64,000 nt of DNA from Bifidobacteriaceae bacterium (GCA_031270825.1 JAISXH010000011.1:12231-76230), one strand, 5' to 3'; positions 8,530 to 18,657 are shown, numbered from the stretch's first letter. The notes: generated from the sequence alone by a model not told the origin. Numbers and translations are program-made.

Positions 8530-11500
8530 TGGCGGCGGCAAACTCGCCCGGTCCTAGAGGTCGGGTCCGTTCGGCCACCGGCGACTTGGTTCGGATCGGT
8601 TTCGCGGACGCCGCCAGGGCCGTCAGGTGCTTGGAGGAACTGGCCGAGGCCGGCCTGGAACTCGACCCGCCGGACCTGGCCGCCGTCGCCGATCCGGACT
8701 TGGCCCTGCTGGCCCTGACCCGCATTGCCGGCGCCCAAGACGGGGGCGCTGCTCTGAAGACCCTGTGGGCGGACCGGCGGGCGGTCCTTCGCTTGCTGGC
8801 GGTGTTGGGCGGATCGGCGGCGCTGGGCGATCATCTGGTGCGGCATCCGGAGCACCTGCGCGCCCTGGCCGAAGCCGACATCCTGGCCGACGCCGACGCC
8901 GACGCCGATGCCGGCGCCCCGGAACCCGGCCCGGAACCGACCAGGCGCCAGCTCGCTTTCCGGTCGGCGCTGTTGGAGGCGGTCGGGGCAGACCCGGCGG
9001 CGGCGGTGCCGGTGGCGGCATCGCCCGAGCCGGAGCCGCTGCGCTTGGCCTACCGCCGGGCCCTTCTCCGAATCGCGGCCGAAGACCTGGCCAGCGCGGC
9101 GCCAGAGCAATTGTTTCCCCGCGTCGCCAGCGACCTGGCCGACTTGGCGACGGCGGTGCTGGAAGGCGCTCTGGCCGTGGCGCGGGCGGGGGTGGACGGC
9201 CATGAGCAGGCTCGGCTGGCGGTCATCGCCATGGGCAAGACCGGCGGGCGCGAACTCAACTACGTCTCCGACGTGGACGTGGTCTATGTGGCGGAGCCCG
9301 CCAGCCCCGCCGTGGCAGAAGCGGATGCCCTGGCCGTGGCCACCCAATTGGCCAGCGGCCTGCAGCGGGTGACCTTCGGGCCGGCGAACGAGCCGGTGAT
9401 CTGGCAAGTCGACCCGAACCTGCGTCCGGAGGGCAAGAACGGGCCGCTGGTGCGAACCTTGGATTCGCATCTGGCCTACTACCGAAAATGGGCCAAGACC
9501 TGGGAATTCCAGGCCCTGCTGAAGGCTCGGCCGGCGGCTGGCGACATGGCTTTGGGGCGGGCGTATCACGACGCCACCAGGAACTTCGTCTGGAACGCGG
9601 TGGAATCTGACAACTTCGTCGAAGACGCCCAGGCGATGCGGCGCCGAGTGGAGGAGAACGTTCCCGCAGCCGAGGCGGAGCGCCAGATCAAACTGGGGCG
9701 CGGTGGCCTGCGGGATGTCGAATTCACGGTCCAACTGCTGCAATTGGTGCACGGCCGGGCCGATCCGTCGATCCGGGCCGCGACCACTTTGACAGCCCTG
9801 GAAGCCTTGCGCGACGGCGGTTACGTGGGCCGCCAGGCGGCGGGACGGCTGGCCGATTGCTACCGGTTGGCCCGCACCTTGGAGCACCGCCTCCAGCTTC
9901 ACCGGCTGAAACGGACGCATCTGATGCCGACCGCCGCGGCGGACCTGACCCGCCTGGCCCGCGCCGCCCGGATTGTTCCCGCCGAAGGCGCCGAACTCGG
10001 CAAGACCTGGCTGGCGACTCGTCGCGAGGTCCGCTCCCTGCACGAGGAGCTGTACTACCGGCCGCTGCTGCCGGCCACCGCCAAGCTCTCAGCCGGAGAG
10101 GCGACCTTGTTGCCAGGTGCGGCGCGGTCGCGTCTGGCCGCTTTGGGCTACCGCCACCCGGACGGCGCCATGCGCCATATCGCGGCCCTGACCAGCGGTG
10201 TGACACGGCAAAGCGCGATCCAGCGGCAGTTGCTGCCGGTCATGCTGGGCTGGTTCGCGGACGGCGCCGACCCAGACGCGGGGCTGCTGTCATTCCGCCA
10301 GTTGTCAGAAGCGCTCGGCTCGACCCATTGGTATCTGCGCCTGCTGAGGGATTCGGCCGGGGCGGCCGAACGGCTATCGCATGCGCTGGCGGCGTCCAAG
10401 TACGTGGCCCAAAACCTGGCTCGTTCGCCGGAATCGGTGCGCTGGCTCGATTCGGACCGCGACTTGGCGCCGCGCGAACCCGACCAACTTCGGGGCGAAC
10501 TGGCCGCGGTGGTCGAACGCCGTGAGTCGGTCGAGGCGGCCGGCACGGCCGTGCGCGGCCTGCGCCGCCGGGAGCTGACCCGCTTGGCGACCGGTATGGC
10601 GTTGGGTTTGTTGGACGATGGCGCCGCCCGCTTCGCCGTCTCCTCCAGCGCCGCGGTGGCGGTCGGGGCGGTCTTGGAACTCGCGGTCAAAGCCCAGATC
10701 AGCGAGGACGGGGAGCAGCTGGCCAACCTGGCGGTGATCGCCATGGGCTCGTTCGGCGGACGCGAAATGGCGATCAGCTCCGATGCCGACGTGCTCTTTG
10801 TCCATCGCCCTAGGCTGGGGGCGGATGAAACAGCCGCCCAAAGCCAAGCCGAGGCCATCGCCAGGCAGGTGCGGGGGCTGGTCGGCGGCATCGGACCCGA
10901 ACCGGGTGTCGAACTCGATGTCGACCTGCGCCCCGAGGGACGGTCTGGGCCGCTCACGCGGTCGGTCGACGCCTATCGTGAGTACTACGCCCGCTGGGCG
11001 CTGACCTGGGAGCGCCAGGCGCTGCTGCGGGCCCGGCCGCTGGCGGGGGACCGCGAGTTGGCCCAGGCCTTCATGGCTGTGGCCGATCCGGTCCGCTACC
11101 GGCCCGGGGGCCTGAGCCAAGGCGAACTCAAGGATTTGCGGCTGCTCAAGGCCCGGATCGAGGGCGAGCGCCTGCCGCGCGGGGTCGAACCCTCACGGCA
11201 CGTCAAACTAGGGCCCGGCGGACTCTTGGACGTCCAGTGGGTGGCCCAGCTATACCAACTTCGCCACGCCGGAGCAACGCCGGCCCTGAGGGTCACCGGG
11301 ACGGTCGAGGCCCTGCAGGCCGCTGCCGCCGCTGAACTGATGGACCCCGCCGACGCGGCCATCTTGGTCGAGTCATGGATGCAGGCGATGTCGATCCGCA
11401 ACGCCAATGTGCTTTGGACCGGCCGGTTGGGGCCCTCCAGCGACGTGGTCCCATCCGATCCGCGTCACTTGCGAGGCGTGGCCGGCCTGATGGGCTATGC

Positions 11501-11588
11501 GCGCGGCGACAGCGCGAACCTGACTGAGGACCGGGCCCGGGTCGCCCGTCGCGCCCGCCAGGTCTTCAACCGTCTCTTCTACACCTGA
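8529..11588 (+). CDS. glnE: Bifunctional glutamine synthetase adenylyltransferase/adenylyl-removing enzyme
   Basis: Two nucleotidyltransferase modules (GKTGGRELNYVSDVDVVYV and GSFGGREMAISSDADVLFV). Start trimmed to ATG 8529, which overlaps the glnA2 stop (TGATG). Confidence 0.92.
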   Translation: MAAANSPGPRGRVRSATGDLVRIGFADAARAVRCLEELAEAGLELDPPDLAAVADPDLALLALTRIAGAQDGGAALKTLWADRRAVLRLLAVLGGSAALGDHLVRHPEHLRALAEADILADADADADAGAPEPGPEPTRRQLAFRSALLEAVGADPAAAVPVAASPEPEPLRLAYRRALLRIAAEDLASAAPEQLFPRVASDLADLATAVLEGALAVARAGVDGHEQARLAVIAMGKTGGRELNYVSDVDVVYVAEPASPAVAEADALAVATQLASGLQRVTFGPANEPVIWQVDPNLRPEGKNGPLVRTLDSHLAYYRKWAKTWEFQALLKARPAAGDMALGRAYHDATRNFVWNAVESDNFVEDAQAMRRRVEENVPAAEAERQIKLGRGGLRDVEFTVQLLQLVHGRADPSIRAATTLTALEALRDGGYVGRQAAGRLADCYRLARTLEHRLQLHRLKRTHLMPTAAADLTRLARAARIVPAEGAELGKTWLATRREVRSLHEELYYRPLLPATAKLSAGEATLLPGAARSRLAALGYRHPDGAMRHIAALTSGVTRQSAIQRQLLPVMLGWFADGADPDAGLLSFRQLSEALGSTHWYLRLLRDSAGAAERLSHALAASKYVAQNLARSPESVRWLDSDRDLAPREPDQLRGELAAVVERRESVEAAGTAVRGLRRRELTRLATGMALGLLDDGAARFAVSSSAAVAVGAVLELAVKAQISEDGEQLANLAVIAMGSFGGREMAISSDADVLFVHRPRLGADETAAQSQAEAIARQVRGLVGGIGPEPGVELDVDLRPEGRSGPLTRSVDAYREYYARWALTWERQALLRARPLAGDRELAQAFMAVADPVRYRPGGLSQGELKDLRLLKARIEGERLPRGVEPSRHVKLGPGGLLDVQWVAQLYQLRHAGATPALRVTGTVEALQAAAAAELMDPADAAILVESWMQAMSIRNANVLWTGRLGPSSDVVPSDPRHLRGVAGLMGYARGDSANLTEDRARVARRARQVFNRLFYT

Positions 11589-11642
11589 GCGCTCTCCCAC
11601 GCCCGAGCGCCTCTTGCGGCGTGCGGGTGACGCCTTCGGCCG

Positions 11643-12725
11643 TTACTGTTCGGGGGCGGTCGGGGATTCGGCCGGGTCTGGCCGCAGGAGGGCGTCGTCC
11701 ACCAGCTCGTAGCGGTGGATGTAGGTGGAGATGACAGCCTGGCAGGTGGCGACCAGGGGGAGCGACAAGAAGGCCCCGATCGGACCCAGAAGAGTGCCCA
11801 TGGCCAGGACCGACACGAAGGCCACGGCGGCGTTGATCTCCATGGTTTTCGACGTCAACTTGGGCGCCAGCAGCAGGTTCTCAACCTGTTGGTAGGCGAT
11901 TATGAAGACCAGCACGCCGACGCCTTTGAGCGGTGATTGCGTCAGCGCCACCAGGACCGGGCCGGCGCCGCCCAAATAGGTGCCGACAGTGGGAACGAAC
12001 TGGGAGACCACGCCCGAGAACAGCGCCAGCGGCAGCGCCGAGTCGATGTGCAGCACGGCCAAGAAAATGTAGGTGGCGGTGGCGTTGATCAGCGCCAGGA
12101 CGACGCGCGAGGAGATGTAACCGGCGGTCTTCTGCTGGGCCGTCGCCCAGACCTTGAGGACCACCCGTTGGTGTTCAGGCGGCAACGGCGAGCACAGCGT
12201 CGCTCGCAGCTTGGGGCCCTGGGCGCAGATGTAGAAGACGAGCATCAGCAGGCCCAAGAAGGAGACCAGGCCGGAGAAGACTTGGCTGCCGACCGCCCAA
12301 GCGTTGGCCGCCAGCGTCGAACCCCACTCCGAGGCCAGTTGCGCCAAGGCCTCATTCCTGGTCGGGATGTGAGCGCCGAACTGGTCGACCAGCCACTTGG
12401 TGACATCCTCGTAGATCTCTGGCACCCGCTCGAACAGGGCGATCGCCTGGCTGACGAACATCGAGCCGAAGGCGGCGACCAGCCCTGCCACCGCCACAGC
12501 GATAATCGCCATGACCGCTCCGGTGGCGAGCCCGCGTTTCCAGCCCTTCTTGACCAGCCAGTCGACCGGCGGCTCCATCGCCAAGGCCACGAACAACGAT
12601 GTCACCACCACCATGATCAGTGATGACAGCTTGCCGATGGCATACCAGGCCAACAACGCCGCCGCCACGATGGCCACGATCTTGACCACCGCCTTGGTCA
12701 GCCAGGGGGGCGCGCTTTGGTTCAT
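11643..12725 (-). CDS. AI-2E family transporter (PerM/UPF0118)
   Basis: 360 aa with about 8 TM segments and a typical AI-2E layout. ATGA overlap with the panD stop. Confidence 0.82.
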   Translation of the reverse strand: MNQSAPPWLTKAVVKIVAIVAAALLAWYAIGKLSSLIMVVVTSLFVALAMEPPVDWLVKKGWKRGLATGAVMAIIAVAVAGLVAAFGSMFVSQAIALFERVPEIYEDVTKWLVDQFGAHIPTRNEALAQLASEWGSTLAANAWAVGSQVFSGLVSFLGLLMLVFYICAQGPKLRATLCSPLPPEHQRVVLKVWATAQQKTAGYISSRVVLALINATATYIFLAVLHIDSALPLALFSGVVSQFVPTVGTYLGGAGPVLVALTQSPLKGVGVLVFIIAYQQVENLLLAPKLTSKTMEINAAVAFVSVLAMGTLLGPIGAFLSLPLVATCQAVISTYIHRYELVDDALLRPDPAESPTAPEQ

Positions 12726-13114
12726 GATGCTGTCCCTGTCCCCAGTTCGGCGGCGCCGGAGACGATGCCGTTGTTCCGGTCCAGGAAAACCACCTTGGGC
12801 CGGTGGTCGTGGACGCCCGCCTCGTCCACCAGTCCGTAGGCGACCACGATCACGATGTCACCGGGGCGGGAGTGATGAGCGGCCGCGCCGTTGACCGTGA
12901 CCGTGCCGGAGGCGGCCGGCCCGGTGATTACGTAAGTCGTCAAACGGCTGCCGTTGGTGACGTTGAGGACATCGACCTGTTGGCCTTCCGCCAGGTCGAC
13001 GGCCGCCATCAAATCGGAGTCGATTGTGATCGAGCCGATGTAATCCAGGTCGGCATCGGTCACGATCGCGCGGTGAATCTTAGACAACAGCATCGTCCGG
13101 CCGACGACCGCCAT
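12722..13114 (-). CDS. panD: Aspartate 1-decarboxylase
   Basis: MLLSKIHRAIVTDADLDYIGSITID. Start set at ATG 13114, 6 nt after GGAGGA (13126-13121). ORF-track start 13141 is less likely. Confidence 0.88.
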   Translation of the reverse strand: MAVVGRTMLLSKIHRAIVTDADLDYIGSITIDSDLMAAVDLAEGQQVDVLNVTNGSRLTTYVITGPAASGTVTVNGAAAHHSRPGDIVIVVAYGLVDEAGVHDHRPKVVFLDRNNGIVSGAAELGTGTAS

Positions 13115-13208
13115 ATTCATTCCTCCAACTATTCGCCCCAAAATCCTGGCTCAGTCTAGCTGGGGCGACCGGACGGCATCGTGCACCGAAAACCCCGGCA
13201 CTACGAAA

Positions 13209-13242
13209 GCCGACCGCCGGGTCTGGGTACCCGACGGCCGGC
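13209..13242 (-). terminator. Stem-loop downstream of glnA1 (candidate intrinsic terminator)
   Basis: gccgaccgccgggt / ctgggt / acccgacggccggc pairs at 12 of 14 positions. On the minus strand it is followed by TTTCG. Confidence 0.4.
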
Positions 13243-13264
13243 TGCTTGGGAGAGGGCGGCCCTG

Positions 13265-14689
13265 CTAGATGTCGTAGTAGAGCTCGAACTCGTGCGGATG
13301 GGGGCGCAGCCGCAGCGGGTCAACCTCGCGGGTGCGCTTGTAATCGATCCAGGTGGAGATCAGGTCGGGTGTGAAGACGTCGCCTTCGGTCAGGAAGTCG
13401 TGATCGGCCTCGAGGGCGTCCAACACTTCCGGCAACGATCCGGGGACCTGCTGGATTTGGGCGTGCTCGGCCGGCGGGAGCTCGTAGAGATCCTTGTCCA
13501 CCGGCTCTGGCGGCTCGATCCGGTTCTTGATGCCGTCCAGGCCGGCCAGAAGCTGGGCCGAGAAGGCCAGATAGGGGTTCGAGGACGGATCCGGCACCCG
13601 GAATTCGATCCGCTTCGCCTTGGGGCTGGACCCCGTCACCGGGATGCGGATGCAGGCCGAGCGGTTGCGCTGCGAATAAACCAAGTTGACGGGCGCCTCG
13701 AAGCCGGGAACCAGCCGGTGATAGGAGTTGACCGTGGGGTTGGTGAAGGCCAGCACCGCCGGAGCGTGGGCCAGCAGGCCGCCGATGTACCAGCGGGCCA
13801 GATCGGACAGGCCGCCATAGCCGCGCTCGTCGAAGAACAAAGACTCGCCGTTCAGCCACAACGATTGGTGGCAGTGCATGCCGGAGCCGTTGTCGCCGAA
13901 GATCGGCTTGGGCATGAACGTGACGGTCTTGCCGGCCTGCCAGGCGGTGTTGCGGATGATGTACTTGAACTTCATCAGATCATCGCCAGCGTGCAGCAGG
14001 GTGGAGAACCGGTAGTTGATCTCCTGCTGGCCGGCGGTGCCGACCTCGTGGTGGGCGCGCTCCATGTCCAAACCAGCCGCGGCCAACAGGTGGACCATTT
14101 CATCGCGCAAATCGGCCATCTGGTCGGAAGGGGAGACCGGGAAGTAGCCGCCCTTGATCCGGGTCTTGTAGGCCTGGTTGCCGCCCTCCTCGTGGCGTCC
14201 CGTGTTCCACCAGGCCTCGTTCGAGTCGATGAAATAGAACGATTCGTGCTCGTTTGTCTCGTAGCGCACGTCGTCGAAGATGTAGAACTCGGCCTCCGGG
14301 GCGAAGAAGGCGGTGTCGGCGATCCCGGTCGAGGCCAGGTACGCCTCGGCTTTGGCGGCCACGTTGCGTGGGTCGCGGGAATACTGCTCGCCGGTGAAGG
14401 GGTCCACGATCGAGAAGTTGACGACCAAGGTCTTGCGGGTCCGGAACGGGTCCACGAAGGCGGTCTTGACATCGGGCATGAGCTTCATGTCAGATTCGTG
14501 GATGGCCTGGAAGCCGCGGATCGACGATCCGTCGAACATCAAACCGTCCGCGAAAGCGTCCTCGGTGAAGGCGGAGGCCGGGATGGTGAAGTGTTGCATG
14601 ATGCCCGGAAGGTCGCAGAACCGGACGTCGACAAACTCCACACCCTCGGAGCGAACGAAGGCCAAGGCCTCCTCAGCGCTGTTGAACAT
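13265..14689 (-). CDS. glnA: Glutamine synthetase type I (GlnA1-type), adenylylation-site Tyr present
   Basis: 474 aa; [29 protein letters not shown]. Adenylylation motif KDLYELPP. Confidence 0.95.
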   Translation of the reverse strand: MFNSAEEALAFVRSEGVEFVDVRFCDLPGIMQHFTIPASAFTEDAFADGLMFDGSSIRGFQAIHESDMKLMPDVKTAFVDPFRTRKTLVVNFSIVDPFTGEQYSRDPRNVAAKAEAYLASTGIADTAFFAPEAEFYIFDDVRYETNEHESFYFIDSNEAWWNTGRHEEGGNQAYKTRIKGGYFPVSPSDQMADLRDEMVHLLAAAGLDMERAHHEVGTAGQQEINYRFSTLLHAGDDLMKFKYIIRNTAWQAGKTVTFMPKPIFGDNGSGMHCHQSLWLNGESLFFDERGYGGLSDLARWYIGGLLAHAPAVLAFTNPTVNSYHRLVPGFEAPVNLVYSQRNRSACIRIPVTGSSPKAKRIEFRVPDPSSNPYLAFSAQLLAGLDGIKNRIEPPEPVDKDLYELPPAEHAQIQQVPGSLPEVLDALEADHDFLTEGDVFTPDLISTWIDYKRTREVDPLRLRPHPHEFELYYDI

Positions 14690-14811
14690 GGGTCTAGCTA
14701 CTCCTTAGAGTTGGTGATCGCTGGAACACCGCCACCCTAGAAGGGCTGAGTGACCCGCCCATGAAGCCTTTGTTACGGGCCGGTTTCGGGGGACAGGTTT
14801 GTGGCGGTCGC

Positions 14812-15621
14812 CTACTTGCCGCGCAGGGCCCGGCGGTCCGGGCGGGCTTTGAACGGATCGACGCCCTTGGGGACCGGCAGTTTCATGCCGCCGATCGACT
14901 GGAGACGGCGGTTGACCTCGGCCAGGGCCGCTTTGTTCAAGGACGGACGCAGGCGCTTGAGCTTGCGTACCAGTTTCGGCAACGGCACCTGGCCCTCGCC
15001 CCGGCCGACGGTCAATTCGTGGATCTTGACGCCCGGCGCAACGCGGGCGACTCGCTGGCGCTCCTTCTTCAACAGGCCCTTGACCCGGCCGGTGGTGCCC
15101 TCGGCGATCAGGACTATGCCGGGCCGCCCGACCACTCTGAAGACCATGTCCATGGAGCGCGGATCGGCCGCGACCGGTTCCTGTTCAATGGTCCAGCCCC
15201 GCCGGATGGTGCCCAGGGCCGAGGCGGTGGCGCCAGGCTGGCCCTCGATTTGGGCGTAGGCGGACGATTCGGCCCGCCGGGCCAGCACCATTGTGCAGGC
15301 CAACAGCGCGACAGGGGCGGCCAGGAAGGCCATATAACCGGCGTGGCCCTTCCAGACGAACAGGCCGAAGAGGACGGCGACAGCTTCCGCGCCGACCATG
15401 ATCGCGACCAGCCAGAGCCAGATCAGCGGCTGTTGCTTGGCCACCATCTGGTAGACCTGCGCGATCTGCTTGTACCAGCGGGTCTTCTTGGTCTTGGCCG
15501 CCTTGGCCTCGGCTTTGGCGGCCTTCTTGGCCGCCCGTCCGGTTAGTTGCGGTCCAGCCCAGGGATCGTCGGAAGGGGATCTTGTAGCCACGACAGACCA
15601 TCTTAACGGCCGGCTGATCAA
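14812..15621 (-). CDS. DUF4191-family membrane protein
   Basis: RWYKQIAQVYQM, two TM segments, AYAQIEGQPGA. Same position as the DUF4191 gene next to glnA1 in other actinobacteria. Start uncertain. Confidence 0.7.
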   Translation of the reverse strand: MISRPLRWSVVATRSPSDDPWAGPQLTGRAAKKAAKAEAKAAKTKKTRWYKQIAQVYQMVAKQQPLIWLWLVAIMVGAEAVAVLFGLFVWKGHAGYMAFLAAPVALLACTMVLARRAESSAYAQIEGQPGATASALGTIRRGWTIEQEPVAADPRSMDMVFRVVGRPGIVLIAEGTTGRVKGLLKKERQRVARVAPGVKIHELTVGRGEGQVPLPKLVRKLKRLRPSLNKAALAEVNRRLQSIGGMKLPVPKGVDPFKARPDRRALRGK

Positions 15622-15631
15622 CTCCGGTCGG

Positions 15632-17035
15632 TCACAGGCTCAGCTCCGCCTCGAAGTTTCCGGTCTCAAGGCGGGTCTTGATGGCGGCCAGGAACTTGGC
15701 CGCGTCCGAGGGCGTGACCAAGCGCGAGTCGTAGGACAACGCCAAGTAGCTGGTCGAACGCACGGCTATGCCTTCGCCGACCACCACCGGCCGGCGCGTC
15801 ACGGCGCCGACTGACAGCACCGCCACCTGCGGGGGATCGATGGTCGGGAAGTCCAGCATCAGGTCCGGCCCGGCCGGAGCGGTCAGGGTGAAGGTCCCGG
15901 CCGCCAGGTCGGACGGAAGCAGCGCGCCGCCGGCCGCCCGGGCCTTGACCGCCGCGATGGCGCGCGCGAAGCCGACCAGACCCAGCGATCCCGCATCTGC
16001 GATGACGGGAACCAGCGGCCCTGATGGCGTGAACACCGTCAGGCCGAGGTTCTCTTGGGCGTAGTAGGTCACATCTCCGTCCGCAATGGCCGCGTTGAAG
16101 ACCGGATGGGCCTTCAGCGCCTCGACTGTGGCCCGCGCGAAGAACGGGTCGGCGGTGAGCTCGATTCCCTCGCGTTCCAAGAAGCGCTGGCTGCCGCGGG
16201 CGATCAGGCGCACGACTTCGGTGACGTCCACCTCGGCCACAGACGTTAGCTGGGCTGGCTGGTAGACCTCGTGCAGTTGGCGTTCGATCGCCCTGAGGCG
16301 AGGCAGCCGATCCTCCTCGCCGGGCACCGACGAAGAGGTCGGAATGGCAGGCGGTGGCGGCACGGCCGCGAGCACGTCTTCACGGCGAATCCGGCCCCCC
16401 ACGCCGCTGCCTCGGACGGTCGCCAGATCGACTCCGACTTCGTGTGCCAGCTTGCGCACCAGCGGGGTGATGTAGGGGGCCATGGCCTCCGATGCCGTCC
16501 CGGTCGCCGGTGGGGGCGGCACGGCGGGGGCCGCGTGGGCCGCGTGGGCCGCGTGGGCCGGTGCGTGGGCCGCCCGGGTTGGCGGGGCGGGGGCCGGATC
16601 GGCGGGCGCTGGGCCCGGGGGTGGCGCGACTGGGCGCGTCTGGACTGGGGATGTCGGCACTGGGAGTGTCGGCACTGGAACGGGCGCGGCGGGTGTCGGG
16701 GCTGGGGCCGGCGGGGCGGCATCGGGCGCCCCGGCCGGGGCGGCGGCGGCTGTGGCGGGCGGCGAGGTCGCCGGGTCGACTCCAGGCACCGCGCCGGGTT
16801 CTCCCAACGTGGCCAAAATGGCGCCCACCTCGACCGTCTGGTCTTCGGGGACCAGGATTTCAAGCAGGACACCGGCGAAGGGGGAGGGGATTTCGGTGTC
16901 GACCTTGTCGGTGGAGATCTCGACCAACGGCTCGTCGACCGCGACGGCGTCTCCGACCGCCTTGAGCCATCGGGTGACAGTTCCTTCTGTCACCGATTCG
17001 CCGAGGGCTGGCATTGGTACTGGTTGAGACATCAT
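15632..17035 (-). CDS. sucB: Dihydrolipoamide acyltransferase (E2)-like protein with degenerate catalytic motifs
   Basis: One lipoyl domain (EISTDKVDTEIPSP), Pro/Ala linker, E3-binding domain (ITPLVRKLAHEVGVDLATVRGSGVGGRIRREDV) and a catalytic-domain fold. The DHRxxDG motif reads DSRLVTP. Lies 21 nt downstream of lpdA. Confidence 0.85.
   Translation of the reverse strand: MMSQPVPMPALGESVTEGTVTRWLKAVGDAVAVDEPLVEISTDKVDTEIPSPFAGVLLEILVPEDQTVEVGAILATLGEPGAVPGVDPATSPPATAAAAPAGAPDAAPPAPAPTPAAPVPVPTLPVPTSPVQTRPVAPPPGPAPADPAPAPPTRAAHAPAHAAHAAHAAPAVPPPPATGTASEAMAPYITPLVRKLAHEVGVDLATVRGSGVGGRIRREDVLAAVPPPPAIPTSSSVPGEEDRLPRLRAIERQLHEVYQPAQLTSVAEVDVTEVVRLIARGSQRFLEREGIELTADPFFARATVEALKAHPVFNAAIADGDVTYYAQENLGLTVFTPSGPLVPVIADAGSLGLVGFARAIAAVKARAAGGALLPSDLAAGTFTLTAPAGPDLMLDFPTIDPPQVAVLSVGAVTRRPVVVGEGIAVRSTSYLALSYDSRLVTPSDAAKFLAAIKTRLETGNFEAELSL
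16530..16556 (-). repeat. 9-bp tandem repeat x3 (gccgcgtgg on + strand) in the E2 linker, encodes HAA repeats
   Basis: Read directly; a diverged 12-bp unit follows at 16557-16568. Confidence 0.85.
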
Positions 17036-17056
17036 TGCTCCAATTCTTGTTCGCAG

Positions 17057-18436
17057 TCAGGCGTGAGCGTGCAAGGGTTTGCCGGCCAGAGCCAGGAAGG
17101 CCTCGCCGATGGCCTCGTCTTGGGTGGGGTGAGCGTGGATCAACTCGGCCACGTCTTCGGGATAGGCCTCCCAGTTGACGATCAGCTGGGCCTCTCCGAC
17201 CAGTTCGCCGATCCGGGTGCCCACCATGTGCACGCCAAGCGTCGGGCCGCCGGCGAGGCGGACAAGCTTGACGAAACCCTGGGTTCCCAGGACCTGGCTC
17301 TTGCCGTTGCCGGCCAGGTTGTATTCGACGGTCTCGATGGCGTCTTCGCCGTGCGCCGACTTGGCGGCGGCCTCGGTCAGGCCGACGGAAGCGATTTCCG
17401 GTTCGCAGTAGGTGACGCGAGGGATCCCGGATTCGACGAGGGGGGCGGGGGTCATGCCGGCGATGCGTTCGGCCACGGCGATGCCCTGGGCGAAGCCGCG
17501 GTGGGCGAGTTGCAGGCCGGGCACAATGTCTCCCACGGCCCAAACCCGGTCGAGGTTGGTGCGTAGCTGTTCGTCGGTGGGGACGAAGCCCCGGTCCATG
17601 TCCAGGCCGATTCGCTCGAAGCCGACTCCGGCGGTGTTCGGTCCGCGGCCCACCGCCACCAGCAGCGCATCGCCGCTGAGGGCATCGCCGTTCTCAAGGC
17701 GGATGGTGACCTGGTGGTCGTCTTGGCTCACGTCTGCGACCTTGACTCCCAGGTTGAAGCCGATCCCGCGCCGCCTGAAGGAGCGTTCGATCAGCTTCGA
17801 GACGGTCAGGTCCTCGTTCGGGGCGAGATGGTCCAAGGCCTCCACGATCACCGGCTTGGCGCCGAAGGACGCCCACAGCGAGGCGAACTCAAGGCCGATC
17901 ACCCCGCCGCCAAGCACAATCGGGTTCTGCGGAATCCAGTCCAGGTTCAGCGCCTGGTCCGAGGTCATGACCCGGCCTTCGACGCTCACGCCTGGTAGGG
18001 AGCGAGCGTAAGAGCCGGTGCCGAGGACCAGATGGTGGCCTTCGACGACCTCGCCGCCCACAGAAATCCGGGTGTTCGACTGGACCTCGCCGCGCCCCTG
18101 GATGAGATGGACCCCGCGGCCGGAGACCAGGCCCTGCAGACCTTTGTAGAGCCGGTCGATCACGCCCTGCTTGAAGGCGTTGACTGCGCCCATGTCGATG
18201 CCGTTGAGCTGCGAGTGGACGCCATACTTAGCCGACTCGCGGATCTGGTCTGCGATTTCAGCGGAGTGGAGCATCGCCTTGGTCGGGATGCAGCCTCGGT
18301 GCAGGCAGGTGCCGCCGACTTTGTCGGCTTCGATCAAGGCAACGTTCAAACCCAACTGGGCGGCGCGCAGGGCGGCGGCATAGCCGCCACTTCCCGCGCC
18401 TAGGATGACGACGTCGTACACGGCTGATTCGGCCAC
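17057..18436 (-). CDS. lpdA: Dihydrolipoyl dehydrogenase (E3)
   Basis: VILGAGSGGY FAD motif and redox-active disulfide GGTCLHRGCIPTK. GTG start. Confidence 0.93.
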   Translation of the reverse strand: MAESAVYDVVILGAGSGGYAAALRAAQLGLNVALIEADKVGGTCLHRGCIPTKAMLHSAEIADQIRESAKYGVHSQLNGIDMGAVNAFKQGVIDRLYKGLQGLVSGRGVHLIQGRGEVQSNTRISVGGEVVEGHHLVLGTGSYARSLPGVSVEGRVMTSDQALNLDWIPQNPIVLGGGVIGLEFASLWASFGAKPVIVEALDHLAPNEDLTVSKLIERSFRRRGIGFNLGVKVADVSQDDHQVTIRLENGDALSGDALLVAVGRGPNTAGVGFERIGLDMDRGFVPTDEQLRTNLDRVWAVGDIVPGLQLAHRGFAQGIAVAERIAGMTPAPLVESGIPRVTYCEPEIASVGLTEAAAKSAHGEDAIETVEYNLAGNGKSQVLGTQGFVKLVRLAGGPTLGVHMVGTRIGELVGEAQLIVNWEAYPEDVAELIHAHPTQDEAIGEAFLALAGKPLHAHA

Positions 18437-18657
18437 TGAGATGGCACCTTTCTTCGTTATGTCTGCTGCTGGTGGTGTGGGTGTGCTGGTTGTTGTTCGG
18501 TTGTCGGCGCGTTCGCTCCCGCCGGCGGGACTGAGGCGGGGTGTGTCTCGCCGCCGGGCAGGGCCGAAGTCCTATATCAATTTTGACACGAGTTCGCCGA
18601 CGCCTTGCCCCTGCGGGTGTGCTTTCCCTCACAGTCGCCTTGCTAGGCTCTGAGGCT

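Noticed and set aside
8496-10043. Very long antisense or out-of-frame ORFs inside well-supported genes. Examples: 8496..10043(-) in glnE, 7348..8541(-) in glnA2, 13181..14740(+) opposite glnA1, 5768..7477(+), 16271..17566(+), 45155..46066(-), 46193..47269(-), 61815..62840(+).
   Set aside because: Their translations are Arg/Gly/Pro/His-rich low-complexity strings without motifs. They exactly shadow genes with clear family signatures. Stop-poor alternative frames are expected in high-GC DNA.
18437-18657. CA-rich (minus strand) 220-nt region upstream of lpdA, divergent from the hypothetical gene.
   Set aside because: The composition is striking (CAACAACCAGCACACCCACACCACCAGCAGCAG), but I found no recognisable motif, repeat unit or stable fold. 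It is noted only as a probable 5' UTR and divergent promoter region.
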